From positions 1,732,656 through 1,796,655 of the forward strand of contig CAVWIK010000002.1 in assembly GCA_963755115.1 (NCBI GenBank): 64,000 bases of DNA, read 5' to 3'. Source of the stretch: an uncultured Chloroflexia bacterium. Lineage in GTDB: Bacteria > Chloroflexota > Limnocylindria > Limnocylindrales > CSP1-4. The notes beneath the pieces are model-generated. The model ran no database searches, was not told the origin of the DNA, and was given only the letters and a program-made list of their open reading frames with translations. Position numbers and translations under genes: made by a program. Shown in pieces: positions 18,519 to 27,578 of this stretch; within the stretch, counting starts at the first letter, position 1, and every line of letters begins with the position of its first letter.

Positions 18519-19569
18519 CTAGACCTTCTCCGCTACGAAGATCGTGAACCGGCTGAAGGTCGTCTCATCGGTCAGCCGAAGACCGGCTCGGGCGACCCTC
18601 GCCCGCACCTCGTGGGCCGTGTCGATCCGATTGCCCCACGTCGACTCGTACCACTGTGCGACCGTGGTGAACCGGCTCGGCATCGTTCGCATGCCCTCGT
18701 CCGTGTCGGGGTAGGCCTCGTCGAAGATCACGAGCGACCCGCCGGGTACGAGCGCGCGGGCCGCTGCGGAGAGGACGCCATCCTTGGCATCGGGCTCGAT
18801 CTCGTGGACGACGAGGAACGTCGTGATGACGTCGTACCGTTCGACATCGGTCAGTCCCTCGGGGCCGAGCAGCCGTGCGGCGCATCGGTCCGCCAGGCCG
18901 CGCCGTGCGATCCGGGCCGCTGCCAGCGCGACGGAGCGCGGCTCGATGTCGGCCCCGTCGACGCGACTCGCCGGGAACCGCTCCGCCAACTCGACGATCG
19001 CCCAGCCCGCCCCGCAGCCGAGGTCGAGCACTCGGGCCCCAGCCGACAGGCCCGCGTGGAGCACATCGAAGGCGAGGCAGCACCAGGTTGACGAAGATCC
19101 GGGGCAATGACCGCAGGCCGTCCGCGACCTCGGTGATGATCGCGTCGCTGTGGTCCTGGAATGCGAGGACCTGACCGCTGCGAAGGCGATCCGCCATCTC
19201 CGGGTAGTCCTCGCCACCGAGGAGCATGTGGACCCGTGCGGCTCGACCGAGGTAGAACGGCGAGTCGGGGTCGCCCAGGATGGCATCCATGTGCGGAGCC
19301 ATTCGCCACCCCTCGCCGTCACGCGACAGGATCTCGAACGCGAACGCCGTCCGGCACAGGACGTCCGTGTGGCCGGGGTCCGTCGCCGCGGCATCGGCCA
19401 GGGCCGAGGAACTGATCCCGGGCCGGCGGGTGATCGTCTCCCAGACCCCGAGTTCCCGGCCGATCTCGATCAGGTTGGTCAGGTGGTATCCCGCGATGAG
19501 GTCGTAGAGGCGTGACACCTGATCGGCAAGCGACGGGCCATCCGAGCCTCGCTCCGACGGCGAGGTCAC
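18519..19569 (-). pseudogene. class I SAM-dependent (O-)methyltransferase with N-terminal dimerisation/winged-helix region, one frame break near 19070-19085
   Basis: The N-terminal frame runs ...ITEVADGLRSLPRIFVNLV. The C-terminal frame carries ARVLDLGCGAGWAIVELAE...VVHEIEPD. Confidence 0.7.
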
Positions 19570-19578
19570 GTGACGCGC

Positions 19579-20139
19579 CTAGCCATCGGAGCCGGCCGTC
19601 CGCTCGCGTCGGCCTCGGCGGGCCAGGTCGACGGTCTCGGCGATGCGCTTCGCGCGCGTCTCGGGTCGCTTCGCGGCATCGATCCAGCGCACGAAGTTCT
19701 TGCGATAGAACGACGGCAACGAGTCGAAGAACCGCGCCGCCACCGGCTCGATGGCGAACGCGGCGGCGACGTCGGCACCCGAAGTGGTCGACTGCGGACC
19801 CTCCGGGGCCATCACGACGTCCACCTCATCGCCGGGTTGAAAGCCCGGACTCCGGCACCAGGCCGGGCCGAGCTGCAAGGACCAGGCACCGCCGGTCGAG
19901 GTCAGCGCCCCGCGGAACCGCTGACCACCCACGGTGCCGTGCACGTGGTACTGGTCACGCTCGCCCCAGGCGACCACAGGGTCGAACGGGATCGCCACCG
20001 CGAAGCCACCCTGTGGGCGGCCCAGGGCGGCGACCCGGAAGGTGCGGGTCCGGTCTGACCGGTGGACATGGTCGGCACGGTACCGTGGCGTCCTGCGACA
20101 TTGCAACGGTGAGCCTACGGGAGACACGGATGCGCCCAC
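19579..20139 (-). CDS. DUF1905 + YdeI/OmpD-associated family protein
   Basis: Contains FRVAALGRPQGGFAVAIPFDP...GDEVDVVM and a C-terminal FYRKNFVRWIDAAKRPETRAKRI. The start codon is uncertain (GTG 20139 or TTG 20106). Confidence 0.65.
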   Translation of the reverse strand: MGASVSPVGSPLQCRRTPRYRADHVHRSDRTRTFRVAALGRPQGGFAVAIPFDPVVAWGERDQYHVHGTVGGQRFRGALTSTGGAWSLQLGPAWCRSPGFQPGDEVDVVMAPEGPQSTTSGADVAAAFAIEPVAARFFDSLPSFYRKNFVRWIDAAKRPETRAKRIAETVDLARRGRRERTAGSDG

Positions 20140-20184
20140 TCGGGATGTGCCGAGTGGGCGCGCTTTGATCGCTGGGCTGCGAGG

Positions 20185-21057
20185 TCAGTCCGCGAGGACC
20201 TCGCGCAGCTTCGCGGCGAAGCCGTCGGGATCGCCGGGCATGCCGTACTCGTTCCCGAGGAAGCCGCCATGGCCGCTCGGGAAGCTCACCGGCTCCGTGC
20301 CGAGGCGCTCGGCGGCGGCGATCGCGCTGCGGTACGCCATCTGACCCTTCGACTCAACGCCGGCGGCCATGACGATCCGGGTGGAGGCCGCCCGAAGGGC
20401 GTCGAAATCCGGCTCGTAGTGCGTGCACGAGATGATGTTCTGACCGAGAAGCGGATCGGTCCGTGTGCCGTCGTCCTGGGTCGGCAGACCGAACATGGCC
20501 GGATCGGGGGCCGGCTGCGCGGCGAAGTCCAGGGTCATCGGTTCCGTGTAACCCACGACGACGATGAACTGCGCCATGCCCGGACCGAAGCCGCTGCGCA
20601 TGTACGTGTCATGCACCGCCTCGGTGACCGCCATCGCGCCCTCGCGATCGGGCAGGATCGACGCGAGCGGCGGCTCGTGCGCGACGAGCGTCCGGACCTG
20701 CTCCGGGTGCTTCGCGACGAGCGCGAGCGCGTTCACCGCGCCGCCGCTGCTGGCGAAGAGGTCGACCGGGCCCGCGTCGAGCGCGGCGATGATCCGGTGC
20801 AGGTCGTCGGCGTGCTGCTCCGGCGTGGACTGGCTGGCCGGGTCGGCCTTCGTGCTCCGCTCGACGCCGCGCGGGTCGTAGGTCACCACGGTGCGATCGG
20901 TGAAATGCCCGGCCAGCGTCGGGAACCCACTCGCGCCCATCGGCGATCCGATCATGAGCAGCACCGGGGCAGGGGAGTCGGCCTTCCGGATGTCGTAGGT
21001 CAGGACGGCACCGGGAGCGTCCAGGGTCTGCGTGGTCGGCTCGGTCATCGTGGTCAT
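20185..21057 (-). CDS. alpha/beta hydrolase
   Basis: Starts MTTMTEPTTQTLDAPGAVLTYDI with GAGGAGG upstream. Contains VLLMIGSPMGASGF and the nucleophile-elbow-like LFASSGGA. Confidence 0.8.
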   Translation of the reverse strand: MTTMTEPTTQTLDAPGAVLTYDIRKADSPAPVLLMIGSPMGASGFPTLAGHFTDRTVVTYDPRGVERSTKADPASQSTPEQHADDLHRIIAALDAGPVDLFASSGGAVNALALVAKHPEQVRTLVAHEPPLASILPDREGAMAVTEAVHDTYMRSGFGPGMAQFIVVVGYTEPMTLDFAAQPAPDPAMFGLPTQDDGTRTDPLLGQNIISCTHYEPDFDALRAASTRIVMAAGVESKGQMAYRSAIAAAERLGTEPVSFPSGHGGFLGNEYGMPGDPDGFAAKLREVLAD

Positions 21058-21097
21058 CGTGGTCCTCCTCGCTCTTTGCGCACATAGTCGAGTGGTC

Positions 21098-21370
21098 CTC
21101 CCCTTCACCGGCGTCCCTTCCCGCGCTCCCCCCCCCCCCCTTCCCCCCGCCCGATCCCCCAACCCCCGTACCGGCCCTCCCCTCCCTCCCCCCTCCCGCG
21201 CCCCCCCAACCCCCCAATTCTTCCACGGCTTTTAAAAAAAAGGCTTTCCCCCCCGCCCCCAAAAAAAGTATACCGCCCCGGGGTCCCCCCGCGCGCCCCC
21301 CCTAAAATATGTCTCTCTGGGCCCCCCCGCCCCCCCCCCACCCCAACCCCCCCCCCCCGGGGCCCCCCCC
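21098..21370. repeat. low-complexity C-rich (plus strand) / G-rich (minus strand) homopolymer tract
   Basis: C runs of 14 nt (21127-21140), 10, 12 and 8 nt are interrupted by an A8 run (21234-21241), an A7 run (21261-21267) and taaaatatgtctctct. The tract fills the whole intergenic space between 21057 and 21372. Confidence 0.9.
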
Positions 21371-21371
21371 G

Positions 21372-21878
21372 TCAGGCGGTCCGGACCGGGTCCTCGGCGA
21401 GGATGGCATCGATCTGGCCGACCGCCTGGGTCAGGCCTTCCTCCATGCCCATGGCCAGGACCTGCTCCATCGCCGCGGTGCTCGGGAAGTGGCTCTCGAT
21501 CTGCATCCGCGTGCGGCCGGCGTCGATCGGCTCGATCGTCACGCGCCCCTCGTTGCGCGGGAAGGACTCGTTCGGCGTGCCGTCGTCGTTCGCGAACCCG
21601 TCGAGGAACACGAGCCGGCGCGGCGGATCGGCCTCGAGGATGTCCCAGAAGCCGCGCGGCTGGTCGCCGCTTGGCCCGGTCATGTGGTATTCGACGTGGC
21701 TGCCGGGCGCCAGGTCGTGGACCGTGAAGGTCGCGGGGTAGGTCGGCGGGCCCCACCAGCGCTCGAGCTTGCGCGGATCGGCCCAGAGGTCCCACACGCG
21801 CTCCGGCGTGGCGTCGAACTCGGCGGTCAGGACCATGGTCAGGGCGTCGGGGTCCTTGTGGACAGCGGTGACAGTCAT
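21372..21878 (-). CDS. SRPBCC/AHSA1-family protein
   Basis: MTVTAVHKDPDALTMVLTAEFDATPERVWDLWADPRKLERWWGPP. The ATG overlaps the ArsR stop as ATGA. Confidence 0.85.
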   Translation of the reverse strand: MTVTAVHKDPDALTMVLTAEFDATPERVWDLWADPRKLERWWGPPTYPATFTVHDLAPGSHVEYHMTGPSGDQPRGFWDILEADPPRRLVFLDGFANDDGTPNESFPRNEGRVTIEPIDAGRTRMQIESHFPSTAAMEQVLAMGMEEGLTQAVGQIDAILAEDPVRTA

Positions 21879-22210
21879 GCGATGGTCTCCTCCGTGCTGG
21901 TGATGAGGTCCGTCATGCGGTCGATGCGGCCGCGCCACAGGGCCTCGTACTGGTCGAGCAGACCGCGCGCCAGGCGAAGCCCCTCGATGTTCGTGCGCAC
22001 GACCTTGCGGCGGCCGGTGCGCTCCTTGGTGACCAGGCCGGCCCGCTCGAGCACCGCGACGTGCTTCTGCACGGCCGCGAAGCTCATGGGGTAGTGCCCG
22101 GCCAGCTCAGCGACGCCCTCGTTGCCGTCCAGCGCGCGCAGGACGATGTCACGCCGGGTGGCATCCCCAAGGGCGGCGAAGATCTGGTCGGCGTTGAAGA
22201 CGAGCTGCAT
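21875..22210 (-). CDS. ArsR/SmtB-family transcriptional regulator
   Basis: MQLVFNADQIFAALGDATRRDIVLRAL...MSFAAVQKHVAVLERAGLV. I chose start 22210 because the promoter and palindrome abut it. Confidence 0.85.
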   Translation of the reverse strand: MQLVFNADQIFAALGDATRRDIVLRALDGNEGVAELAGHYPMSFAAVQKHVAVLERAGLVTKERTGRRKVVRTNIEGLRLARGLLDQYEALWRGRIDRMTDLITSTEETIA

Positions 22211-22246
22211 TGATACAACCATACGGTTGTATCAGAGTGCTGTCAA
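22211..22246 (-). promoter_or_regulatory. sigma-A-type promoter TTGACA-17-TATGGT with a perfect 10-4-10 palindrome TGATACAACC-ATAC-GGTTGTATCA (22211-22234); leaderless ArsR operator
   Basis: On the minus strand the sequence reads cTTGACAgcactctgatacaaccgTATGGTtgtatcaATG. The -10 box ends 7 nt before the ATG, and the palindrome covers the spacer and -10 box. Confidence 0.7.
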
Positions 22247-22306
22247 GCCTCGGTTGCCAGGCCGAACTTGGGCCCCCGGCGCGGCGTCGTCGAATGGGAC
22301 GAGGGA

Positions 22307-22972
22307 TCAGGCGCCTTCGTCGGCCCGACCGGCCAGATAGCCACCGAACGCCGTCACCCACAGGACCGTCGGATACACGATCCAGCGCTCGATGCCGCCG
22401 ATCCCGAGGCTGCCCATCGGGTTGGCGTCTCCGAGGAAGAGGTAGAGCGCGAGCGTCGCCAGCGCGACCGTGCCCAGGACCACCGACACCAGGCGGAAGC
22501 CGCCGGTCGCGATCCGCGAGCCCGAGATGGCCGCCACGCCGCCCGCGACGAACGTCACCATCGCGAAGATCGCATGCGGCGCCCCGGTGTTGCCGGGGAA
22601 CAGGCCGACACCGAGTGCCCCGATGCCGAGGACGGTCAGCGGCAGGGTGACCGATCGGCGACCGAATGCCCGTTGGACGAAGACCGACGCCACGAGTACG
22701 AGGCCACCGATCACCATCATGGAGACGTCGAAGATCGTCGCCGACGGCTGGTAGATGAGGCTGTCGGGTGGTCGTGTGCCGCCCAGGTCGCTGATCTCGT
22801 TGGCCCCGGTGGTGAACGTGGCCGGGTAGAGCGCCTCGGCGGTGATGATCCCCATCAGGATCAACGATCCGGCGATGAACAGCAGCGTCCCGGCGATCCG
22901 TGCGCTCGTGGCCCACGCGATGGCGGTGGTCACCCGTCCGAAGGATCGCCCGACCGCAGATCCGGTCCTCAT
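22307..22972 (-). CDS. DUF998-family integral membrane protein
   Basis: Six hydrophobic helices and an EISDLGG motif. GGGAGG lies 6 nt upstream of ATG 22972. Confidence 0.65.
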   Translation of the reverse strand: MRTGSAVGRSFGRVTTAIAWATSARIAGTLLFIAGSLILMGIITAEALYPATFTTGANEISDLGGTRPPDSLIYQPSATIFDVSMMVIGGLVLVASVFVQRAFGRRSVTLPLTVLGIGALGVGLFPGNTGAPHAIFAMVTFVAGGVAAISGSRIATGGFRLVSVVLGTVALATLALYLFLGDANPMGSLGIGGIERWIVYPTVLWVTAFGGYLAGRADEGA

Positions 22973-23121
22973 CGTGAGCCTCCCGAACACCAGCGTCCGC
23001 TCAAGCGCGTCGGCCGTCTGACTATCGAACGGGGTCACGCCCGGGCTCAAGGGTCACTGGAACCGTTTCGACGGGGCCATTGCACCCGACAGGGTCGCGG
23101 GCCGAACCTGGGATCGGTGGT

Positions 23122-24093
23122 TCAGGCCGGGTCGGCGGGATCCGCGGCGATCACGAGCACGACATTGCCCGCCTTGTGCCAGCCCTCCACGTACCGGTGC
23201 GCCTCGACGACCTGGTCCATCGGGTAGCGCCGATCGATGACGGCGCGGAACTCGCCGGCCTCGATGAGCTGCTTGAGCAGCAGCACGTCCTGCTTGCGCC
23301 GCGTGCCGATCCCGACGCGGAACCGCTTGCCGGTGAATCGGGCCACCACGAACATGACGAAGATCTCGAAGCCATCCGTGGCGACGTAGATCCCGCCCGG
23401 CCTCAGCGCGTGCCGGCCCTTGCGGAATGAGTACTTGCCGACCGCGTCGATGATCGCGTCATAGGTCTGGCCGTTCTTCGTGAAGTCCTGCTTCCGGTAG
23501 TCGATGACCTCGTCGGCGCCGAGCGAACGGACGAGCTCGACGTGGTCCGTCCCGCACACCGCGGTGACGTTGGCACCGAAGTGCTTGGCGAGCTGCACGG
23601 CCGCGGTGCCGAGCGAGCCGGATGCCCCGTAGATGACGATCCGGCGTCCCTCCTGGACCTCGGCCTTGCGCAGCGTCCCGAGCGCCTGGTCGGCCCCGTC
23701 GGCGACGGCGGCGGCCTCCTCGAAGCTCATCGAGGCCGGCTTGAGCGCCAGCGCCGCACGCTCGGACGCGCAGATGTACTCCGCGTGCGCGCCGAAAAAG
23801 CGCGAGGGGCGGCCGAAGACCGCGTCGCCGACCTGGAACTCGCGCACGGCCGCGCCGACGGCGACGACCTCGCCGGCGAGCTCCACGCCGAGCGTTCGCG
23901 ACCGCGGCCGGCGGAACCCGAAGATGAACCGCCAGAGGAACGGGCTCGGCCGACGCAGGTGGGTGTCGGACTGCGAGACCGTGCTGGCTCGCACCCGGAT
24001 GAGCATCTCGTCGTCCTTCGGAACGGGTCGCTCGACCTCCTCGATCCGGAGGACCTCCGGAGGCCCGTAGCGGTCCTGGACGACGGCCTTCAT
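23122..24093 (-). CDS. MDR-family NAD(P)-dependent alcohol dehydrogenase/quinone reductase
   Basis: Starts MKAVVQDRYGPPEVLRIEEVERPVP and has the IYGASGSLGTAAVQLAK Rossmann motif. Paralog of the fragment at 1-285. Confidence 0.85.
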   Translation of the reverse strand: MKAVVQDRYGPPEVLRIEEVERPVPKDDEMLIRVRASTVSQSDTHLRRPSPFLWRFIFGFRRPRSRTLGVELAGEVVAVGAAVREFQVGDAVFGRPSRFFGAHAEYICASERAALALKPASMSFEEAAAVADGADQALGTLRKAEVQEGRRIVIYGASGSLGTAAVQLAKHFGANVTAVCGTDHVELVRSLGADEVIDYRKQDFTKNGQTYDAIIDAVGKYSFRKGRHALRPGGIYVATDGFEIFVMFVVARFTGKRFRVGIGTRRKQDVLLLKQLIEAGEFRAVIDRRYPMDQVVEAHRYVEGWHKAGNVVLVIAADPADPA

Positions 24094-24136
24094 CCCCGCA
24101 CAGTAGCGCGTCGCCGCACGCGGCAAGATACGAGCG

Positions 24137-25114
24137 ATGGCCAAAGCCGTTGCGCCGCCTGCCTTCATCGCGCCGATGCTCGCCACGCTCACCGGCGCGC
24201 CGTTCGACGACCCCGACTGGCTCTTCGAGGTCAAGTGGGACGGCTTCCGCGTCGAGGCGATCGTCGACGGCGGCAGCGCCCGGCTCTGGACGCGCGGCGA
24301 GCAGGACGCGTCGCGCTACTTCGGGCCGTTCCTCGATCCGCCGACCTGGATCGACGCCCGTCGGGCGATCGTCGACGGCGAGGTCATCGCGCTCGACGAG
24401 CGCGGCGAGCCCGACTTCGCCCTGCTCCAGGCCCGGATCAAGGGGAGGGGAACGGCCGCCGAGCCGACGCCGTTCGTCTACGAGGTCTTCGACCTGCTCC
24501 ACCTCGACGGCCGATCGCTCCTCGACGAGCCGCTCGAGGAACGCCGCCGGCTCCTCGGCGACGTCCTCCGACCCGATCCGCGCGTCCGCCTCAGCGAGCA
24601 CATCGAGGCCGACGGGATCGCGTTCTTCGAAGCCGCCCGCGTGCGAGGCCTCGAAGGGATCATGGCCAAGGACCGCCACTCGATGTACGTGCCGGGCAAA
24701 CGCACGGACCGCTGGCTGAAGGTGAAGATCCGCCCCGAGCAGGAGCTCGTCGTCGGCGGCTGGGTCACGGGCAGCGGCAAGGCGGTCGAGCTAGGCGCCC
24801 TGCTCGTCGGGGTCTACGAGGATGGGGCGCTGCGGTACGCGGGAAAGATCGGCGCCGGCTTCACGAACGACAACCGGGCCGAGCTGCTGGCGGCTGTGGC
24901 CCCGCTCGCGTCCGCCGAGCCGCCGTTCGCGACCCCGCCCCCGCGCGCGGCCGCCCGCGGTGCCCAGTGGCTTCGGCCCGAGCTCGTCATCCGCGCCGAG
25001 TTTGCCGGCTGGACCGGCGACGGGCTCGTCCGGCAGGCCGCCTACAAGGGCCTGGAGCTCGAGAAGGATCCGCGACGGGTCATCCGCGAGCGGCCGAAGT
25101 CGGCGCCTCGCTGA
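24137..25114 (+). CDS. ligD: ATP-dependent DNA ligase, stand-alone LigD-type ligase domain
   Basis: PMLATL...WLFEVKWDGFRV carries the adenylation motif I (KxDG). EGIMAKD and WLKVK are also present. No Ku, polymerase or phosphoesterase domain is in the window. Confidence 0.8.
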   Translation: MAKAVAPPAFIAPMLATLTGAPFDDPDWLFEVKWDGFRVEAIVDGGSARLWTRGEQDASRYFGPFLDPPTWIDARRAIVDGEVIALDERGEPDFALLQARIKGRGTAAEPTPFVYEVFDLLHLDGRSLLDEPLEERRRLLGDVLRPDPRVRLSEHIEADGIAFFEAARVRGLEGIMAKDRHSMYVPGKRTDRWLKVKIRPEQELVVGGWVTGSGKAVELGALLVGVYEDGALRYAGKIGAGFTNDNRAELLAAVAPLASAEPPFATPPPRAAARGAQWLRPELVIRAEFAGWTGDGLVRQAAYKGLELEKDPRRVIRERPKSAPR

Positions 25115-25126
25115 GGACTCGAAGGG

Positions 25127-25417
25127 TCAGGAACCCATCCTGTACGAGCCGACGAGGGTGATCTCGGACGCGGCCGGAGGCTCGTCGCAGCGGCCCTCGA
25201 TCTCGGCGGTGAACGCCTTGAACGCCGCCACCTCGTTGAGGATCCGACCCGGCTGGTCGGTTTCGAACACGACGTGCATGAAGCTGACCCCGTCGGGAAG
25301 CCTGAAGGTGGCGTAGTGGAGGCCGTCTGGCTGCTCGCGAGCGAGCTGCTCGTAGACGGCCCTGACGAGACGCTCGTTCTCGTCGGCGCGGTCCGGTCGA
25401 ACCTTGTATCGAACCAT
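25127..25417 (-). CDS. small ABM-like (ferredoxin-fold) hypothetical protein
   Basis: 96 aa from MVRYKVRPDRADENERLVRAVYEQL. Only fold-level similarity. Confidence 0.5.
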   Translation of the reverse strand: MVRYKVRPDRADENERLVRAVYEQLAREQPDGLHYATFRLPDGVSFMHVVFETDQPGRILNEVAAFKAFTAEIEGRCDEPPAASEITLVGSYRMGS

Positions 25418-25485
25418 CGAGCTGCCCATGCCAGGCCCCCGTATCGGCACCGGTGTGGTGCGCCGCTGAGTTGGATCCTCCATGC

Positions 25486-25509
25486 AACGGTAACGCAACG
25501 GTTACCGTT
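25486..25509. other. 9-bp inverted repeat AACGGTAAC-n6-GTTACCGTT
   Basis: A perfect inverted repeat in the 112-nt spacer between the minus-strand genes 25530-25982 and 25127-25417. No T-tract follows it on either strand. Confidence 0.4.
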
Positions 25510-25529
25510 AGGCAAGGCGGCGCGGAGGG

Positions 25530-25982
25530 TCACCCGCCGCCGAGCCGATGCCGCGCCCGTTGTGCGGCGAGCCGGTCATGGGCCTCGGTCAGCAAGGGCA
25601 GCACCACGTCCTGGAACGTCGCGTCGCTCGGGTTGAGGATCGAGATCCAGAGCTGCTTCGCGTAGACGGGGTGGGGGAGGACCCGGTCGAAGGCGGCGTA
25701 GTCCGGCTCGGCGACCGAGCCGACCAGTCGCTCGAAGGTGGCGCGACCGACCCCGATGTTCAGGCGGAAGACGCCGGGCCGCGCCGACAGGTTCGAGGGG
25801 GCGCCCTCGTCGTGCTCGCCGGTGGTGACGATCGTCGCGAAGTTCGGGAAGTGCTTCTCGGGGTCGAGCGAGAAGAACGTGGCGCCCATGGCCGCGACGG
25901 CATCCGTCTCGGGCCAGGTCTCGAGGATCGTCCGCGTGATCGCCTCCGGGTCAGGCCCGGTCGGCAGGGTCTCGATGGTCAT
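25530..25982 (-). CDS. hypothetical cytosolic protein (DUF6194-like)
   Basis: MTIETLPTGPDPEAITRTILETWPETDAV...FFSLDPEKHFPNFATIVT...PGVFRLNIGV. Confidence 0.55.
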   Translation of the reverse strand: MTIETLPTGPDPEAITRTILETWPETDAVAAMGATFFSLDPEKHFPNFATIVTTGEHDEGAPSNLSARPGVFRLNIGVGRATFERLVGSVAEPDYAAFDRVLPHPVYAKQLWISILNPSDATFQDVVLPLLTEAHDRLAAQRARHRLGGG

Positions 25983-26036
25983 GCCCCGAGCATAGATTCT
26001 GCATGTCAAGCGCCGCCCTAGCCCGGCTGTTGCGGC

Positions 26037-26561
26037 CTACCCGGACGGCGTCGGTGCCTCGGGCGGCGGCAGGTCGCCACACGGCGGGATGAGCGCGCCC
26101 GAGGGCGGCGTAGCCTCGAACCGCGTCCCATCGGGCATGACCGTGACCCATTTCGGGAGGTCCGCGGTCCGGATGTCGCCGCGCGACCAGAGGATGGCGA
26201 CGTCGAAGTTCCCCGGCATGTCATGCGGGTCGGCGGTCCAGGCTGCCAGCGCGGAGTCGAAGGATCCGCTCGGGTCATAGGCGAGACCGATCCGCCAGTC
26301 GTCCCCGGTCGGGATCTCGTGCCCGACCGTGAGATCGAGCAGGCCGCCGCAGGGGCGGATCGCCGTCTCGAAGGGCGTGTCATCGCCGCGCGCATCGACG
26401 GACACGACGACCGCCTGGTTCGCGCGGTTCTCGAGGTGGAGCACCCGCGTGGGGTCGATCGTGGGCCCCGGCGTGGCGCAGGCCGCGACGGCCACGATCA
26501 GCGCGAGCCCGGCACCGAGGCCGAGCGAGCGACGGGTCCGGGCCGACGATCGGCAGCGCAT
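26037..26561 (-). CDS. putative lipoprotein, unknown function
   Basis: Signal peptide plus lipobox GLALIVAVAAC. No recognisable domain. Confidence 0.55.
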   Translation of the reverse strand: MRCRSSARTRRSLGLGAGLALIVAVAACATPGPTIDPTRVLHLENRANQAVVVSVDARGDDTPFETAIRPCGGLLDLTVGHEIPTGDDWRIGLAYDPSGSFDSALAAWTADPHDMPGNFDVAILWSRGDIRTADLPKWVTVMPDGTRFEATPPSGALIPPCGDLPPPEAPTPSG

Positions 26562-26651
26562 GACCGGACCGTGGCCCGGCGGCCGGCCGCTGTCAAGGGA
26601 CGGCGTGACCGAGGAGGCAGCCCAGGGTGGCGGCCCCGCCGGCCCGGAGCC

Positions 26652-27395
26652 TTAGCTCACCCGTACGCAGATGCCCGGAGGCTCGGGGGTGTCGTGGCCG
26701 TAGCCCGGCTGGTACGCCCAGGTCCAGTCGTAGAGATCCGACAGGTCCTTGGCGGTGCCGAGGACGCCCACGTAGATGCTGCCGCAGGTGGCGCGAACAT
26801 TGGCGACGCCGTGCTCGTTGCGGAAGCAGCCGCTTCGTGCCGGGCTCAGGACCGAGTTCTCCCAGTTGAAGACGCCGGGATCGTCGTAGTTCCCGATGCC
26901 GTCGCCGGGGATCCACGCCCCCTCGCCAGGGACGTCGCTGGAGCAGTCGCCCGCGTTGACGTCGACGCCGTACGAGGCGAGACGGGTCTCGAAGGCGTAC
27001 GCCGCCTCGTTTTCCGACGCGAACTCGTAGACCCCGACGCTCGCCACGAGCGGATCGTCGGCACGGCACTCGACGCCGCGGATCGCGCCGTCGGGCAGGT
27101 CGGTCCGGCGGGGCGCGCAGTCGACCGCCGCGTCACGGCGCAACCCGTTGACCAGCGCCCGCTCCGCAGCGGTCATGGCGGAAGACGGGCGGGCGGTCGG
27201 TGCGGGCCTGGCAGGCGGCGAAGGCGTGACGGCGGGGGAGGGCCGTGGCGTGGTGGTCGGTGCCGGCGAGGCCGTCGCGTCCGGCGTGGCTGCCGGGGAG
27301 GGGGTCGCGGACGGGGCCGGTATGCCCGGCTGCGATGTCGCGCAGGCGGCGACGAGCACGAGCATGGCCGGCAGGAAGGCGAAGCGACGCATCAA
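26652..27395 (-). CDS. putative lipoprotein with Pro/Thr/Ala-rich linker, unknown function
   Basis: Starts MMRRFAFLPAMLVLVAAC, followed by a ~60-aa P/T/A/S linker and a Cys-containing globular domain. Confidence 0.55.
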   Translation of the reverse strand: MMRRFAFLPAMLVLVAACATSQPGIPAPSATPSPAATPDATASPAPTTTPRPSPAVTPSPPARPAPTARPSSAMTAAERALVNGLRRDAAVDCAPRRTDLPDGAIRGVECRADDPLVASVGVYEFASENEAAYAFETRLASYGVDVNAGDCSSDVPGEGAWIPGDGIGNYDDPGVFNWENSVLSPARSGCFRNEHGVANVRATCGSIYVGVLGTAKDLSDLYDWTWAYQPGYGHDTPEPPGICVRVS

Positions 27396-27578
27396 CGGGG
27401 TTTCCTCTGAGGTGTGGACGAAGGATCAGGACGCCACGCTCAGGGTGCGTATCTGGTCCCGCGACGTCGCCCCACACGCGTCCGTGTCGCGGCATGGACG
27501 ATCGTCCATCGGCCGCTCGGCGTCGGGTGGGCCGGGGCCGCCTCATCCCCGGGTCGTGGTCGCAGTTCCACCCTGGGC

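Noticed and set aside
21032-21341. Pro-rich (plus strand) and Gly-rich (minus strand) ORFs across the homopolymer tract
   Set aside because: These translations are a trivial consequence of the C/G runs. There are no start or Shine-Dalgarno signals and no coding periodicity.
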